From Mobula hypostoma (taxonomy: Eukaryota): a stretch of DNA of 64,000 nt. Of this stretch, positions 26,254-38,700 are shown piece by piece (the stretch's first letter is position 1; every line of letters begins with the position of its first letter). The translations under genes were made by a program, and so were the position numbers. The notes beneath the pieces are model-generated. The model did not search any database and had not been told where the DNA came from. It saw only the letters and a list, made by a program, of their open reading frames with translations. The stretch covers positions 58,778,001 through 58,842,000 of the forward strand of contig NC_086097.1 in the NCBI RefSeq assembly GCF_963921235.1, written 5' to 3'.

Positions 26254-26448
26254 GCCGGCCGGTGATGCAGTGGAATCAGCAATAGACTTTGAGGCAAATG
26301 GTCCCAAGTTCGAATCCAGCCAGCTCCTTGCACACCTTCCATCTGTGCTGGGTTGAGTGTTGAGATAGCAACTCGACCTTGTAAAACACAGTGAAATGCT
26401 ACTGAAACAGCAAAAATGTTGTCTAATATGTGAAATGGAACAATAATA
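26254..26448 (+). mobile_element. tRNA-derived SINE
   Basis: A-box-like ggtgatgcagtgg and B box gttcgaatcc (26308-26317); second copy at 46187-46396. Confidence 0.75.
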
Positions 26449-26817
26449 GTTTTTTTCCTTTAATTCCTTCTTTTCATTAGTCCCTTGGTTCCATAGTTCC
26501 CTTGTTGTTATGTAGCAGTATTACACTGCAATACATAATAATATAAACAGTTAATTACAGTAAGTGTGTGTGTAAATAGTGAGGAGTGAGGTAGTGTTTA
26601 TGGGTTCAATGTCCATTCAGAAATCTGATGGCAGAGGGGAAGAAGTTCTTCCTGAATTATTGAGTGTGTGCATTAATTGTTCTGCAGTTTCTTTGTTCCC
26701 CATGATGAATTCTCCCATTTTGGACTGTAAAGAATCCACATTTGTCTTCACTATGTTAAAGCAAGTAATTTGAAAAATAATAATAGGATTGGGCAGAGTC
26801 CATATGATTGATGATTC

Positions 26818-28300
26818 AGGGAGTAGATTTAGGACAGAGATGAGGAGGAACTGCTTTTCCAAGAGAGTGGTGAATCTTTGGAATTCTCTGTCCAATGAAG
26901 CAGTGGAGGCTACCTCAGTAAATATATTTAAAACAAGGTTGGATAGAATTTTGCACAGTAGGGGAATTAAAGGTTATGGGGAAAATGCAGATAGGTAGAG
27001 ATGAGTCCATGCCCAGATCAGCCATGATCTGATTGAATGACAGAGCAGGCTCGACAGGCCAGATGTTCTACTCCTGCTTCTATTTCTGATGTTCTTATGA
27101 GGGGAAATCAAGTTGGTTAAATCTGATGGAATGTTTTGAAGTTGTAACTGGGAGAACATTAGGACAAAGTCAGTGAAGTGGTCCTTCAGAAGAGATTTGT
27201 TAAGCAATGGCATAAGAGTTTATTAAACAAAGTTAGAACACACTGCATAGGGAATTAAAAACATGAATTAAAAACTAGTTTACGGATAGAAAAGAGAGAG
27301 TAATGAATGATTCTGGTTTATATTGAGAGATAGTGTCACTTGGGTGCCATATAAATCGGTCCTTGGGTCCCAGTATTCACAATCTCTATTGATGATTTTG
27401 ATGAAGTGATCATGTAATATATCCATGTTTGCCTATGATACAAATGAGCTGTGGAGAGGATGCAGGGAAGCTTCAGGCATCTTTAAACAAGCCATGTGAA
27501 TGGACAACGTCATAGCAGGTGGAATATAACCTGGAAAAATGAGAGCTTATTTTCTTTGGTAGAAAAAATTAAAAAAAGGATTATTTATCAAATGGTGAGA
27601 CATTGAAATATGTTAGTGTTTGTTGCGACTTGGGTGTCCTTGTACAAGAATAACTAAAAGTTAACATGCAGGTTCAGAAAACAATTAGGAAGGTAAAAGG
27701 TGTGTTCCCCTGTACTACAAGAGGTTTGGAGCACAAGTAGAGACATATTGCTGTAATTATATCAAGCCCTGGTGAGACCACATCTGGAACATTATGTACA
27801 AATCTAGTCTCCCTATCTAAGGAACAATGTACTTGCAGTGAAAATTCAGCAGGTTTATTCCTGGATGGCGAGTTTGCTGAATAAGAAGATGTCAAGGACA
27901 CTGGGTGAATTCTTTTTAGCGTTTAGCAGAATGAATTTTAGCGTTTAGCAGAATGAAAGAGATTTCACTGAAGTAAATATAAACCTTAAAGATGAGGCAT
28001 GTGAAATGCAGTGTTGATGTTGCCTCTGTCTGTGATGTTCAGAGCTAGGCATCATAGTCTCAAAACAGGAATTAACCATTCAAGAGAGTTGAGAAGAAAT
28101 GAATTTACCATGAAGGAAGTGAATGAAAAAGGCTGTCATGAATCAATCACTTAGTATAGTCAGAACTGAGATCACGAGGGTAGACAAGGAATATAGGGAC
28201 ATTGTAGGAAAGTCGTTGTAGGATGTGAAATGAACTTATTGAATGGAAGAACAAACAGGATGGGTGGATTGTCTACATCCATTTCTAATTTCTATCTTTC
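26818..28300 (+). mobile_element. Two CR1 fragments (3' end 26818-27098; older RT fragment 27100-28300)
   Basis: FRTEMRRNCFSKRVVNLWNSL..GIKGYGE plus tail, then decayed CR1 RT similarity (gccctggtgagaccacatctggaac). Confidence 0.75.
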
Positions 28301-30819
28301 ACATTAACCCAGCACATAAAGAATCAAAGCAAACAAAATTCACAAGGTGCAGGTAATTTTCTGAGTAGTTAACTAAATATTAACCATATGAGTCATCAAG
28401 TCAGGATCAAATCTTACTTCTCTGAACTGGACTACTCCACTTGAGAAAACAAAACAAAAAAATAAATTCTAGCTGTCAAGACCCCTACTGTGTTACATAT
28501 ATTGAACACTGTTCATGAACTTAGAAGGCATATGGATCATATAAGGCTGAGAACATTAGAGATTTTTGCAGTATTAGATTCCAAACTGAGATAATGGTAG
28601 CTTTTTGATAGTTGCTGCAGTCATTTCTTGTTGCTTCTATCCATTGACAAGATCCACTAGTAACTACGCAGAATTAATGCAGAGAAAGACTTTAGCAACT
28701 ATTCTAGATTCAAAGTGAAATAAAGTACAATAAGAAACTAGAATGTACAGTTGACTGCCCCATAATTCTTTTTTTGAGGTCTGCTTGGATCATGTTTTGC
28801 AAACATAGGATTATACTCACCTTGATTCTTCCAGTACTCTTCCTTTGAAATTATTTATAGTTAGGTAATATTGAGAAATTCCTCTATGAAACAATTAATT
28901 AACAAATTAATTTTATATCACCTAACTAATGGGATTTTTTCCTAATGAGTCATTTTGGATTATAATAATTTAACTTTATTCCACAGAAAGCAATATTTTT
29001 AGTCCTATTCCTATTCATGTAAAACAAGGACAATCTCTTTGCCTCCATATCTGCTGCTTGACTAGCTGTTTTTCCATCTGTTTATTTTTTTCTCCAGATT
29101 CCAGCATTTGCAACCATTTGACTCTCAAAGGGGATTTTAGTTGTATATACAAGTTTATGTAAATTGACTATTTTGAATAAGAATATTACAAATAATTTTC
29201 TGAAAATATAATCTGTACTATAAATAATATGCTTTTGTTACAACAGTTAATAAACCTATACTAAATGTAATGAATTTATATTTATTTTAAATTAAAAATC
29301 GTAAAGTGGTATCAATAAAAAGAATAACTGAAATGATAATTATTCTTTATTTTTCAAATGGACAGTAAAACTATTTGTTAAAACTTAATTCATAGGGACA
29401 AAGTATCTATTTTTCTGCTTATATTTTCTACCGTTGGTTTTAATTTGCAAGCTGGTTAATATCTATCTTTATAATATGTATTTGTTCGTTGCTCTGGATT
29501 CTAGATCAATGATTTTATAGCACATCAGCAGCTCTTCCAGATAATTTGTCAGCATTGTGCAATTTTACAATGTTATCCATTGAAGATTGCATCTTATCTT
29601 ACAGATTTAAACAAATGCTTTGAGGGATAATCTATTTTCGAGAAAATGATCTGATTGAACTGGAGACTTCTTAGCTGAAATTCCATCTGAAATTCAATCA
29701 CAACCTTTGTTTGGGCTTGAGGATATATCTCTAGGATTTGAAATATTCTGTTATTTTAAAGTATTCCAGAGAAATCACAACATTTGCAGTTTTCTATGTG
29801 TAAGTAATGGAGGCTAAAACAGAACATAGACATTTATTGCATGTAAAATCAACAGAAACAAAATAGGAGTTTAAATTTTTATTCCTCACTTGCGAAAATG
29901 AAACCTCTTCGTCTTTAGCCTCTGTTGGTTGAAAGGTTATTTGAATCAGATGGCCTTAGGTACGTGCCCAGAAGGTGCAGCACTATGTTATTAAGGTGCT
30001 GGTGACAAATTGGCTACCACCCAAAGAGCTGAAAAATTGGTCAAATTAAGTTTGAAGCAGAATTAGCAAGGTCTACTCCTAGAACAAAGTTTTAAGACTT
30101 GCCCTGCTCTATTCCTGAAGGGATGAGGTTCAATAAGGCACAATTGCTGATACTTCACAGTCATCTCTTAAAGTCACACATCCCATATTAGCCAGAGGGC
30201 AGCTACATGCACAGAGAGGGCTGCAGAAGTCTTTTCTTGTTAAATATGTGCCAGCAAAGAAGAGGTGACCCAGCAAGATCTCCATCAGAAGCCCCTAGTA
30301 GGAGATGGCCAGAGATGTTTCCCCAAGACTGAGTATTCTGGCTCAATGAACCGAAGTCTGAAGATAGTTTAAGATTATATTGAAGTGAACAGTGCTGCAC
30401 GGGAAAGAACGCCTTCCTAAGCATGAATGCATACACAATTAACACATCCACTAATGTCATACATTCTTCCCCTTCTACACCACACCTTATCATCAGCCCA
30501 CCTTCAACCTTCACATGCGACCAGCACCCACGGAGAAGTAATCCTTCCAAGGCAGAGTAATGGAAAAATCACTCAATTTTCTTCATCTCTTCTATTTAGT
30601 GAAAGCTGCAAGCACCAGAAGAGAAATCACCCGCATGGCTGCGAGGTTCTTGCAGGTGCAGGGTCTACACAACTGTAGGATGGCACTCTTCCAGCTTATG
30701 GGGAGAGTGGTCGCAGAGATGCAACTCAGCTCGTCCTTTTAGGACACTGTGGATGTTCAAAGGTGTTAGAGCAGACTGCAAAGCCCAGTCAAGTCTCCTA
30801 ATGTCAGCTGTATTTATCT

Positions 30820-31047
30820 ATTTAAACATAGAGCATGATAACAGCTTTTCCAGCCCAATGAGCCCAATTACACCCATAACTAACCTAGTAACTCATAGGA
30901 ATATGGGAGAAAACCAGAGCACCTGGAGAAAAGCCACGTGGTCATGGGGAGAATGTACAAACATCTTACAATCAGCGAGGGGATTGGTCCAGGTTGCTGT
31001 TGCTGTAGTAATATTGTGCCAACAGCTACGCTACCATGCCACCCCAA
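30820..31047 (-). mobile_element. V-SINE (HE1-like) copy
   Basis: gggagaaaaccagagcacctggagaaaagccacgtggtcatggggagaatgtacaaac is the antisense V-domain pattern; tRNA-like head near 31040. Confidence 0.7.
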
Positions 31048-31054
31048 ATTATTC

Positions 31055-31460
31055 AAGAAAGAAACCAGGGACCATCCTGGAAACTATAAGCCAGTGAGTC
31101 TCACATCAGTGGTAGGTAAGGAAGTTACTGGACAGAATTCTTAGGGATAGGATATATGAGCATTTGGAAAACTATTGGCTTAATTAGGAAAACCAGCATA
31201 GCGTTGTGCAGGGCAATTCATATCTTACTAACTTGACTGAGTTTTTCGATGAGGTGAAGGGGGTGACTGATGAAGGTAGAGCAGTCCTAATGAAGGGTTC
31301 CGGCCCGAAACGTTGACTGATCATTTCCACAGACGCTGCCCGACCTGCTGAGTTCCTCCAGCGTGTTGTGAGTAGAGCTGTAGATGTTGTCTATATGGAT
31401 TTTAGTAAGGTCCCTCATGAGAGGGTCATCCAGAAGATTAAGATACATGGTGATCCATGG
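31055..31460 (+). mobile_element. CR1 RT fragment
   Basis: RDHPGNYKPVSLTSVVGK; gatgttgtctatatggattttagtaagg (DVVYMDFSK). Confidence 0.8.
31283..31371 (+). mobile_element. 89-bp Penelope-derived insertion carrying a minimal hammerhead-like motif
   Basis: 7-bp TSD GTAGAGC (31276-31282 and 31372-31378); sequence agtc-ctaatga-agggttccggccc-gaaacgtt-gact. Confidence 0.8.
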
Positions 31461-31826
31461 TTATTGATATTTATTTACATATGTATTTGTACAGTTTGTT
31501 GTCTTCTATGCTCTACTTGATCTTTCATTAATCCTGTTATAGTTACTATTCTATAGATTAGCTGAGTATGCCACAGGAAAAAGAACCTCAGGGTCGTATA
31601 TGTACAAGAGATAATAAAACTTACTCCATACTTTGATGGAATATGTTGTTTTGCAGCAGCAGAACACTGCAATACATAATAAAACTATAAATTATAATAT
31701 GATTATATATATATGAAAATTAAGTAAGTAGTGGAAAATGAGAACAAAAAAATGAAAAAAAAATAGTGAGGTTCATTGTCCATTCAGAATCTGATGGTTG
31801 TGGGGAAGAAGCTGTTCCTAAAATGT

Positions 31827-32931
31827 TACCTCCACAGCGATGAAGTGGTTTGAGAGTTTGCTGATGAAACATATCAACTCCTGTCTGAGAAGCAACTTAG
31901 ATCCACTCCAATTTGCCTATTGGATCAACAGGCCCAGAGCGGAGTCCATCTCATTGGCTCTTCACTCAACCCTGGAACATCTGGACAGGAAATATTCATA
32001 CATCAGGATGCTCTTGAAAGACTACAGCTCAGCATTTAATACCATCACCCCCTACAAACTAATCAATAAGATCCAAGACCTTGGGCTCAGTACCTCCTTG
32101 TACAATTGGTTCCTGTATTTCCTTACTTGTAGACCTCAGCCAGTTTGGATTGGTGACAACATCTCCATGATCTCCATCAGTACAGGTGCAGCATAAGGCT
32201 GTGTGCTTAGACCCTTGATCCACTCGCTTCGCACTTATGTGTGTGTGGCAAAGCACAGCTCCAACGCCATATTCAAGTTTGGTAACAACACCATTGTTGT
32301 GGGCCGAATCAAAGGTGGTGATGCATCAGCATATAGGAGGAAAATAGAAAATCTGGTTGAATGGTGTCATAACAACAACCTCTCACTCAATGTCAGAAAG
32401 ACAAAGGAACTGATTGTAGACTTCAGGAGAAGGAAAACAGAAGTGAACAAGCCTGTCCTCATTGGAGGATCAGAGGTGGACAGGGTTAGCAAGTTTAGAT
32501 TTCTCAGCGTTATTATTTCAGAGGACCTACTTGGGCCAAACACATAATTCCAATATGAGGGAAGCACAGAAGCGCCTCTACTTCTTTAGCAGTTTGAAGA
32601 GATGTGGCATGACATCTAAAACTTTGTCAAACTTCTATAAACGTGTAGTGGAATGTATATTGACTGGCTATATCACAGCCCGGTATGGAGACACCAATAC
32701 CTCCACCACCCATGATATGGTCTCTTCTTGCTGCTGCCATCAAGAGGAAGGTACAGAAGCTTCAGGACTTGCACCACCAGATTTAGAAACAGTTAGTGTC
32801 CTCAACCATCAGTCTCTTAAACAAAAGGGAATAACTTCAGTTAACTTCACTTGCTCCATCATTGAAATGTTCCCACAAACAATGGACTCAATTTAAAAGA
32901 CTCTTCATCTCATGTTCCTGATATTAATTGC

Positions 32932-32974
<43 letters not shown>

Positions 32975-33166
32975 TATTATTGGTTCATTTTTTGCATTTG
33001 CACAATTTATTGTCTTCTGCAGTCTGGTTGAATACACTAGTTGGGTGGCCTTTCATTGATTCTATTATAATTACTATTCTATTGAGTATGCCCACAAGAA
33101 AATGAATCTCAGGGTTGTAAATAGTGAAATATATGTACCTTGATAATAAAATTTACTTTGAACTTT
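31827..33166 (+). mobile_element. Rex1/Babar 3' fragment (RT to tail)
   Basis: LDPLQFAY..YIRMLLKDYSSAFNTI, IFKFGNNTIVVG..WCHNNNLSLNVRKTKELIVDFR; tail aataaaatttactttgaactttg. Confidence 0.88.
32932..32975. repeat. (TTTA)n microsatellite in the Rex1 3'UTR
   Basis: Read directly from the sequence. Confidence 0.95.
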
Positions 33167-33329
33167 GATTGTATGTCTTCAGGCTCCTGTACATCTTCCT
33201 TGATGGTAGCAATGACAGAAGGCCTGTCCAGGGTGATGGCGGTTCTAATATCAGATGCTGGCATTTTGAGCAAAAAGTTAAATCAAATCCCAAGAAAGAG
33301 GTGACATACTGCAGGATTGGAAGATGTAG

Positions 33330-34525
33330 AATCCTTGTGAATAAAGTTAAGGTACTGCAAGGTTAAAATGATCCTGATGGGAGTTATATACAGGCCCCCA
33401 AACAGTAGCCAGGACGTGGGCTACAAATTACAACAGGAGATGGAAAAGGCATGTAGTAAGGGCAATATTGTGATAATCATGGGGAATGCATAGAATGCCA
33501 ATGAAAATGTTTTTAGAGCAACTTGTGCTTGAGCCCACTAGGGGAATGCTATTTCTGGAATGGCTGTTATGTAATGACACAGATTTGATGAGGGAGCTTC
33601 TGGTAAAGGAACTCTTAGGAGACAGTAAATATAATATGATAGAATTCAACCTGCAAGTGGAATACTAGCATTCATTTTGAGAGGACTAGACAACAAAAGC
33701 AAGGATGTAATGCTAAGTCTTTATAAGGCATTGGTCAGAGTACGCTTGGAGTATTGTGTGCAGTTTTTGGCCCCTTATCTAAGAAAGGATGTGTTGGCAT
33801 TGGAGAAGCTCCAGAGGAGACTCATAAGAATGATTCCAGGAATGAAAATGTTGACATATTGTATAAGGAACATGTGATTGCTCCGTATAAGAAATGTGTG
33901 ATACTCTGTATAAGGAACGTGTGATTGATCTGTATAAGGAATGTGTGATTGATCTGTATAAGGAACGAGTGATTGATCTGTATAAGGAACGTGTGATTGA
34001 TCTGTATAAGGAATGTGTGATACTCTGTATAAGGAACGTGTGATTGATCTGTATAAGGAATGTGTGATTGATCTGTATAAGGAACGCGTGATTGCTCTGT
34101 ATAAGGAACATGTAATGGCTCTGGGACTGTACTCTCTGGGGTTTAGAAGTATGAGGGGATATCTCATCGAAACCTACTGAATATAGAAAGGCCTAGATAA
34201 AGTGGATGTGGAGAGGCTGTTTTCTAAGAGCCTAGGATCAAAGGGTACTGCCTCAGAATTATAAGGCATCCATTTAAAAGAGAGATGAGGAAAGATTTAT
34301 TTAGCCAGAAGGTGATGGATCTGTGGAATTAATTGCCACAGACAGCTGTGCAGGCCAAGTCATTAAATATATTTAAGATGGAGGTTAATCGGTTCTAGAC
34401 TGATCTGGGCATCAAAGGTTATGGGAGAAATGGGGCTGAGAGGGATAATAACTGAGCCATGATGGAATGGTGGAGCAGACTTGATGGGCTGAATGGCCTA
34501 ATTCTGTTCCTATGTCCTATGGCCT
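33330..34525 (+). mobile_element. Internally deleted CR1 (endonuclease piece joined to the ORF2 C-terminus)
   Basis: LEQLVLEPTRG..LGDSKYNMIEF joined to LYKALVRVRLEYCVQFLAPYLRKD; CR1 tail at about 34510. Confidence 0.8.
33860..34121. repeat. Minisatellite, 11 units of 23-24 bp (tgtataaggaacgtgtgattgatc)
   Basis: Units counted directly from the sequence. Confidence 0.95.
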
Positions 34526-35464
34526 TTTGAAGATGTCCTCATGCTGGGGAAGCTAGTGTCCATGATGGAGCTGGCTGACTTTGCAACTTTCAGCAACGTT
34601 GTCAATGCTGTGCAGTGGCCGTTTTGTACCAGGCATTGATGCAACCAGATAGAATGCTCTTCATAATACATCTGTAGAAATCTGTGAAAGCCTTTGGTGC
34701 AATATATAGTCTCCTCAAACTCCTAATGAAATAGAACTGCTGTCATGCCTTCTTTATATTTGAACCAATTGGTTGGGTCCAGGATAGATCTTCAGAAATG
34801 TTGACACCTAGGAACTTGAACCTGCTCACCCTTTCCACTACTGATCCCTTAATGAGGACTGGTGTGTGTTCCCTCGATTTCCGCTTCTTGAAGTCCACAA
34901 TCAATTCCTTAGTCTTATCAACAGCTAATGCTAATTGTAGACACACATGGAAACACTGATTAAAGTTAATTAAAGGAAGTATGATTACAGCCTGAAAATT
35001 TAATTCTGATTCATTTCATTAGAAGATGAGCACTCGTCCTGTGAACTGTGCTGCCCTCCTTCTCACTTTATAGTCTCTGCTTCTTGCTTCTTTCATATTA
35101 CAGCAGCTCCCTCACATCAATTATCATAAATGATTTTCATGAAATAAAGGCTCATTTGCAAATGATGCTGAATATTAAATGGACTTATTTACATCAGTGA
35201 TGAGAAAAGCCATTCATTCTATATTGCATCTTAATCTGTATGAACTGTGACTGCCCAGTTAGGGCATCTCAATAATAATCCTTATATCTGACTTCCTAAG
35301 TGGATTGTTCCAAATATTTACGATCCCGAGTAAGGATTTTTTTTGAGCAAATAGTCTTAACTACATTCTCGCAAAATCTCTTAGTTTCTACTTTCTTGGG
35401 ACACTTTAAAATGAAAATCTTGTTTAGTTCAGTTCAAAGATTCAGTACTTGAAAGAGTAAGAGC

Positions 35465-36290
35465 AAGCTGCTGTAGGAACTCAGCAGATCAGGCTGCATC
35501 TGTCAAAGAAACTGACAGTCGATAAATCTGGTCGAGGCACTTCATCCAGACTATCCAGGATTTCCTGGTAACTGGCCATTTTAATTCCACTTCCTGTTCC
35601 CACACTGATATGTCTGTTTATGGCTTGCTCTACTGTTACACTGAGACCAGATGCAAAATGGAGGAGTAACACCTCAGATTTTTCCTTGGTAGCTTCCAAC
35701 CTGATGGTATCAACGTTCATTTCTCCTACTTCCGGTAACTTCTCCTCTCTGTTCCCCCATCTCCCCACCCCCCACACCTTTTCTCTGATCTCTCCGGCCC
35801 TTTTATCCCTTCTCCTTCTCCTCTCTCGTTACCTGTACATCACTCAAATTTCTTCCCACCCGGTTCCCCCCACTTTCACTTTATTGCATGGTCTACTATC
35901 CTGTCCGATCAGACTCCTTCTTCTTCAGCCCTTTGCTTCTCGCATGTATCACCCCCCAGCTTTTCACATCATTGTCTTTCCCCCTACCACCCTTCCCCTC
36001 CCACCTTCCTACTTTTCCCCTCTCACCTGGATTTACCGATCATCCATTACGTTGTGCTCCTCCCTATTCCACACCACCCCCCACACACCAACTCTTTTAT
36101 TTTGGCTTCCGTCCTCTTTATTTACTTCTTTTTAGTCCTGATTTAAGGGTCTTGTCTCAAAACTAAGACTGTGCATTTCCCTCCATAGATGTTGCCTGAC
36201 CTGTTGCATTCCTCCAGCAATTTGAGTGTGAGTTGTTCTGGACTAGCAGTTTGTTTTTTTGCTCCAAATTGCAGTATCTGCAGTCTTGTA
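35465..36290 (+). mobile_element. Penelope-like element 3' part with an inverted 5' terminal copy
   Basis: gccattttaattccacttcctgttcccacactgatatgtctg resembles the GIY-YIG C-terminal region (HFNS..H.DMSV); CT-rich UTR; terminal repeat forward at 36134 and reversed at 35465-35552. Confidence 0.75.
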
Positions 36291-36404
36291 TCGCTAACAG
36301 TTGATAGATTTCTGTGGATATCCCTCTTTTGTCTAATTTTTATGCCGCGGATCTTAAGTTTTTTTCATTCCAACCTCCCCTCCCATTGCTCATCTTTAAA
36401 CTAG

Positions 36405-37785
36405 AATAGAATTGAACGTTATTGTTATTGCTGAAGACAATGAAATTGCAGTGCTACTCCAGTCTGTGCAAAACAAATATTTACAATACACGCAGTACGG
36501 CTTGCTAAAAAAAACTTCCCATATTTACATGCAACAAATGACTTTGATCGTCCGCAACGCTCAAAAGCCATTGACCAGCCAGGGTATAACATTTTTCAGC
36601 TGCACAACAGCCCTCAGGAAGAAGCTGTTTTTCAGTCTTACTGTCTTGGCTAGGATGATTCTATATCTTCCACCAGATAACAGGAGATTTGAACAAACAG
36701 TGTCTGGAATGTGATGGGTCTCTAATGAAGTTACGAACGTGCCATAGGCATCAAGAGTTGTATATTGTCGCCAGGTCTGGTAGTTGAGTCCTAATGATGG
36801 GCTGAGACTTCCTAATCACTCGTTGGAGTGTTTTGTGATCTGTTTTCCTGCAGCTAAAGTACTATACCGGTGTCCCCCGCTTTACGAACGTTCGCTTTAC
36901 GCCACTTCGCTTTTACGAAAGACCTACATTAGTACCTGTTTTCGCTAACCGAAAGAGGATTGTCACTTTTACGAAAAAGATGCCCGCTTTAAACCTGTGT
37001 TTACCCCAAGAAAGACTACCATGACTGTGAAGTCTTGCGTGGGCAGATGTGTGCGCATACGTGTACGTGCCGATTATTTTCTACAGATCGGCTTTTGGCT
37101 AAATCTTCCCGATTCTGTTAAGTGAAACTACACTGTACATATATTATTTCTACTTTATATAGGCTGTGTATTTATCATATAATTCCTGCTTTTACTATAT
37201 GTTAGTGCTATTTTAGGTTTTATGTGCTATTTGGTATGATTTGGTAGGTTATTTTTTGGGTCTGGGAACTCTCAAAAAATTTTCCCGTATAAATTAATGG
37301 TAATCGCTTCTTCGCTTTACGCCATTTTGGCTTACGAGCGGTTTCATAGGAATGCTCTACCTTCAGATAGCGGGGGAAACCTGTACTACTATTCTGTATG
37401 TCTGTATGCTCTCTATCACACCGATAGAAGATAGCCAGCAATTTTTGGAGCAGATAGCTCTCCTTAAGCACCTCTGGTAGTACAGTCACTGTTGTGTTTC
37501 CCGTACTATCGAGATTGTGTTGACAGATGAAGAAGGATCCTCAGTGATATTCAGCCCTGAAACTGGAGACCATTTTTGCTGCTTCATCATTTATGAATAG
37601 TGGGACTTGCTCGGGACCTTTTGCCTTCCTGAAGTCAGTTATAATTTCTTTGTCTTCTTGATGGTGAGTGATAGGCTGTAGTTCCTGAACAAATTGGACA
37701 GTTTCTGCACCTCCTCTGTCTGTGCAGATCCATTATTGTTTGTGATTAGGCCAATCACAGTTGTGTCATCTGCAAATTAGATGCT
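36405..37785 (-). mobile_element. Old Rex1/Babar fragment interrupted by a MITE
   Basis: Minus strand gives aaatttgcagatgacacaactgtgattggcctaatc (KFADDTTVIGLI) and LLAIFYRC. Confidence 0.7.
36867..37383. mobile_element. pogo/Tigger-type MITE, 517 bp
   Basis: Imperfect TIRs ccggtgtcccccgcttt and tagcgggggaaacctg, TA on both sides, CpG-rich, non-coding. Confidence 0.85.
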
Positions 37786-38309
37786 TGGGTTTGCAGCAAG
37801 TATTCAATTTTTAGTACATTCTCCTTGTGATACAAAATCAAAACAAGCAGAAATGAAAGCATGGTTTGGATATCCTTGGTATATTTTGCAGGGTTATTAT
37901 CTATTGCTTTTGCACTTAGAGTTCAATTTGCAGTTGTGTTTCACTGCAATGGTATACCGACATGTGTTTTCTGCTCATTTTCATCATGGTAAACTTAAAC
38001 AGAGATAAAAGATAGCAGATGCTGGAATCCGGAGCAGCAAACAACCTGCTAGAGGAAATCAGTAGATCAAGCAGCATCTATGGGAGAAAGGGAATGTTGA
38101 TGTCTCATGTTAAAACCCTGCTCCAGAGGAACATTGTTTCATTTGGTAGTATACTTGTGTACAGTTGAATGACAATAACCTGAACCTCCCTCAGGACAAC
38201 TTAAACACAGAATAATGAAATAAATAATTTTAAATTTTTTAGGTTGCAGCTTTAATCCTAGATGTTAAATTGTGATAATATGATCATTAAAAATGTTAGA
38301 AGCAGGTTT

Positions 38310-38700
38310 TGGTTAGTCTTGGAAGCAAAGCCTGAAGATTCAAGTGTTACTCCAAAGACATGAGCACAAAAGGCCTCGCTGATAGTTCAATGAGGTATAA
38401 ACAGATTATTATATTGTTAGCCTGAGGCATAAATATGAGGGCTTGTCTGCTCTTTTAGGTAAATGATTCAATGGATATTGTTGCGAATGGGAGTTATGAT
38501 TAGTGAGCTGGCCAATATTTGTTTCTCAGTGTCACAAAAATCAAGGCTCTAGCCATTTTCTAGTATTATGGACATTTACAAATTAGTTGCCCCTTTTCCT
38601 ACCTCACAATAGTGATTACACTTTGATAAGCTCTTTGTTGATTGTGAAGTGCTTTGAGAGCTTCTGAAAGGGCTTTGAAAGGCACCAAGTGCCAAGTATT
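38310..38700 (+). mobile_element. Ancient Deu-domain SINE (SacSINE1/LmeSINE-like), highly decayed
   Basis: Ordered motifs actccaaagacatgagcaca, ctggccaatattt, tttcctacctcacaatagtgattacactt and gtgaagtgctttgagag..tgaaaggc follow the DeuSINE layout as I recall it. Confidence 0.6.

Larger units (their letters stand above)
31630..34925 (-). mobile_element. Rex1/Babar 3' fragment, antisense, split by two insertions
   Basis: Pieces 31630-31826, 33167-33240 and 34525-34925 are collinear; VDKTKELIVDFKK..FKFLGVNISEDLSW. Confidence 0.7.

Noticed and set aside
26254..26320. tRNA gene
   Set aside because: A and B boxes are present but there is no convincing cloverleaf, and the downstream body is shared with a TSD-flanked copy, so it is a SINE head.
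29520..29625. LRR-like peptide LPDNLSALCNFTMLSIEDC
   Set aside because: A single short match that ends in a stop with no donor site or further repeats; likely chance.
33775..34167. Repeat-protein ORFs (RSITRSLY / YTDQSHVP) or a CRISPR-like array
   Set aside because: These are translations of a head-to-tail minisatellite with no unique spacers, inside a CR1 in eukaryotic DNA.
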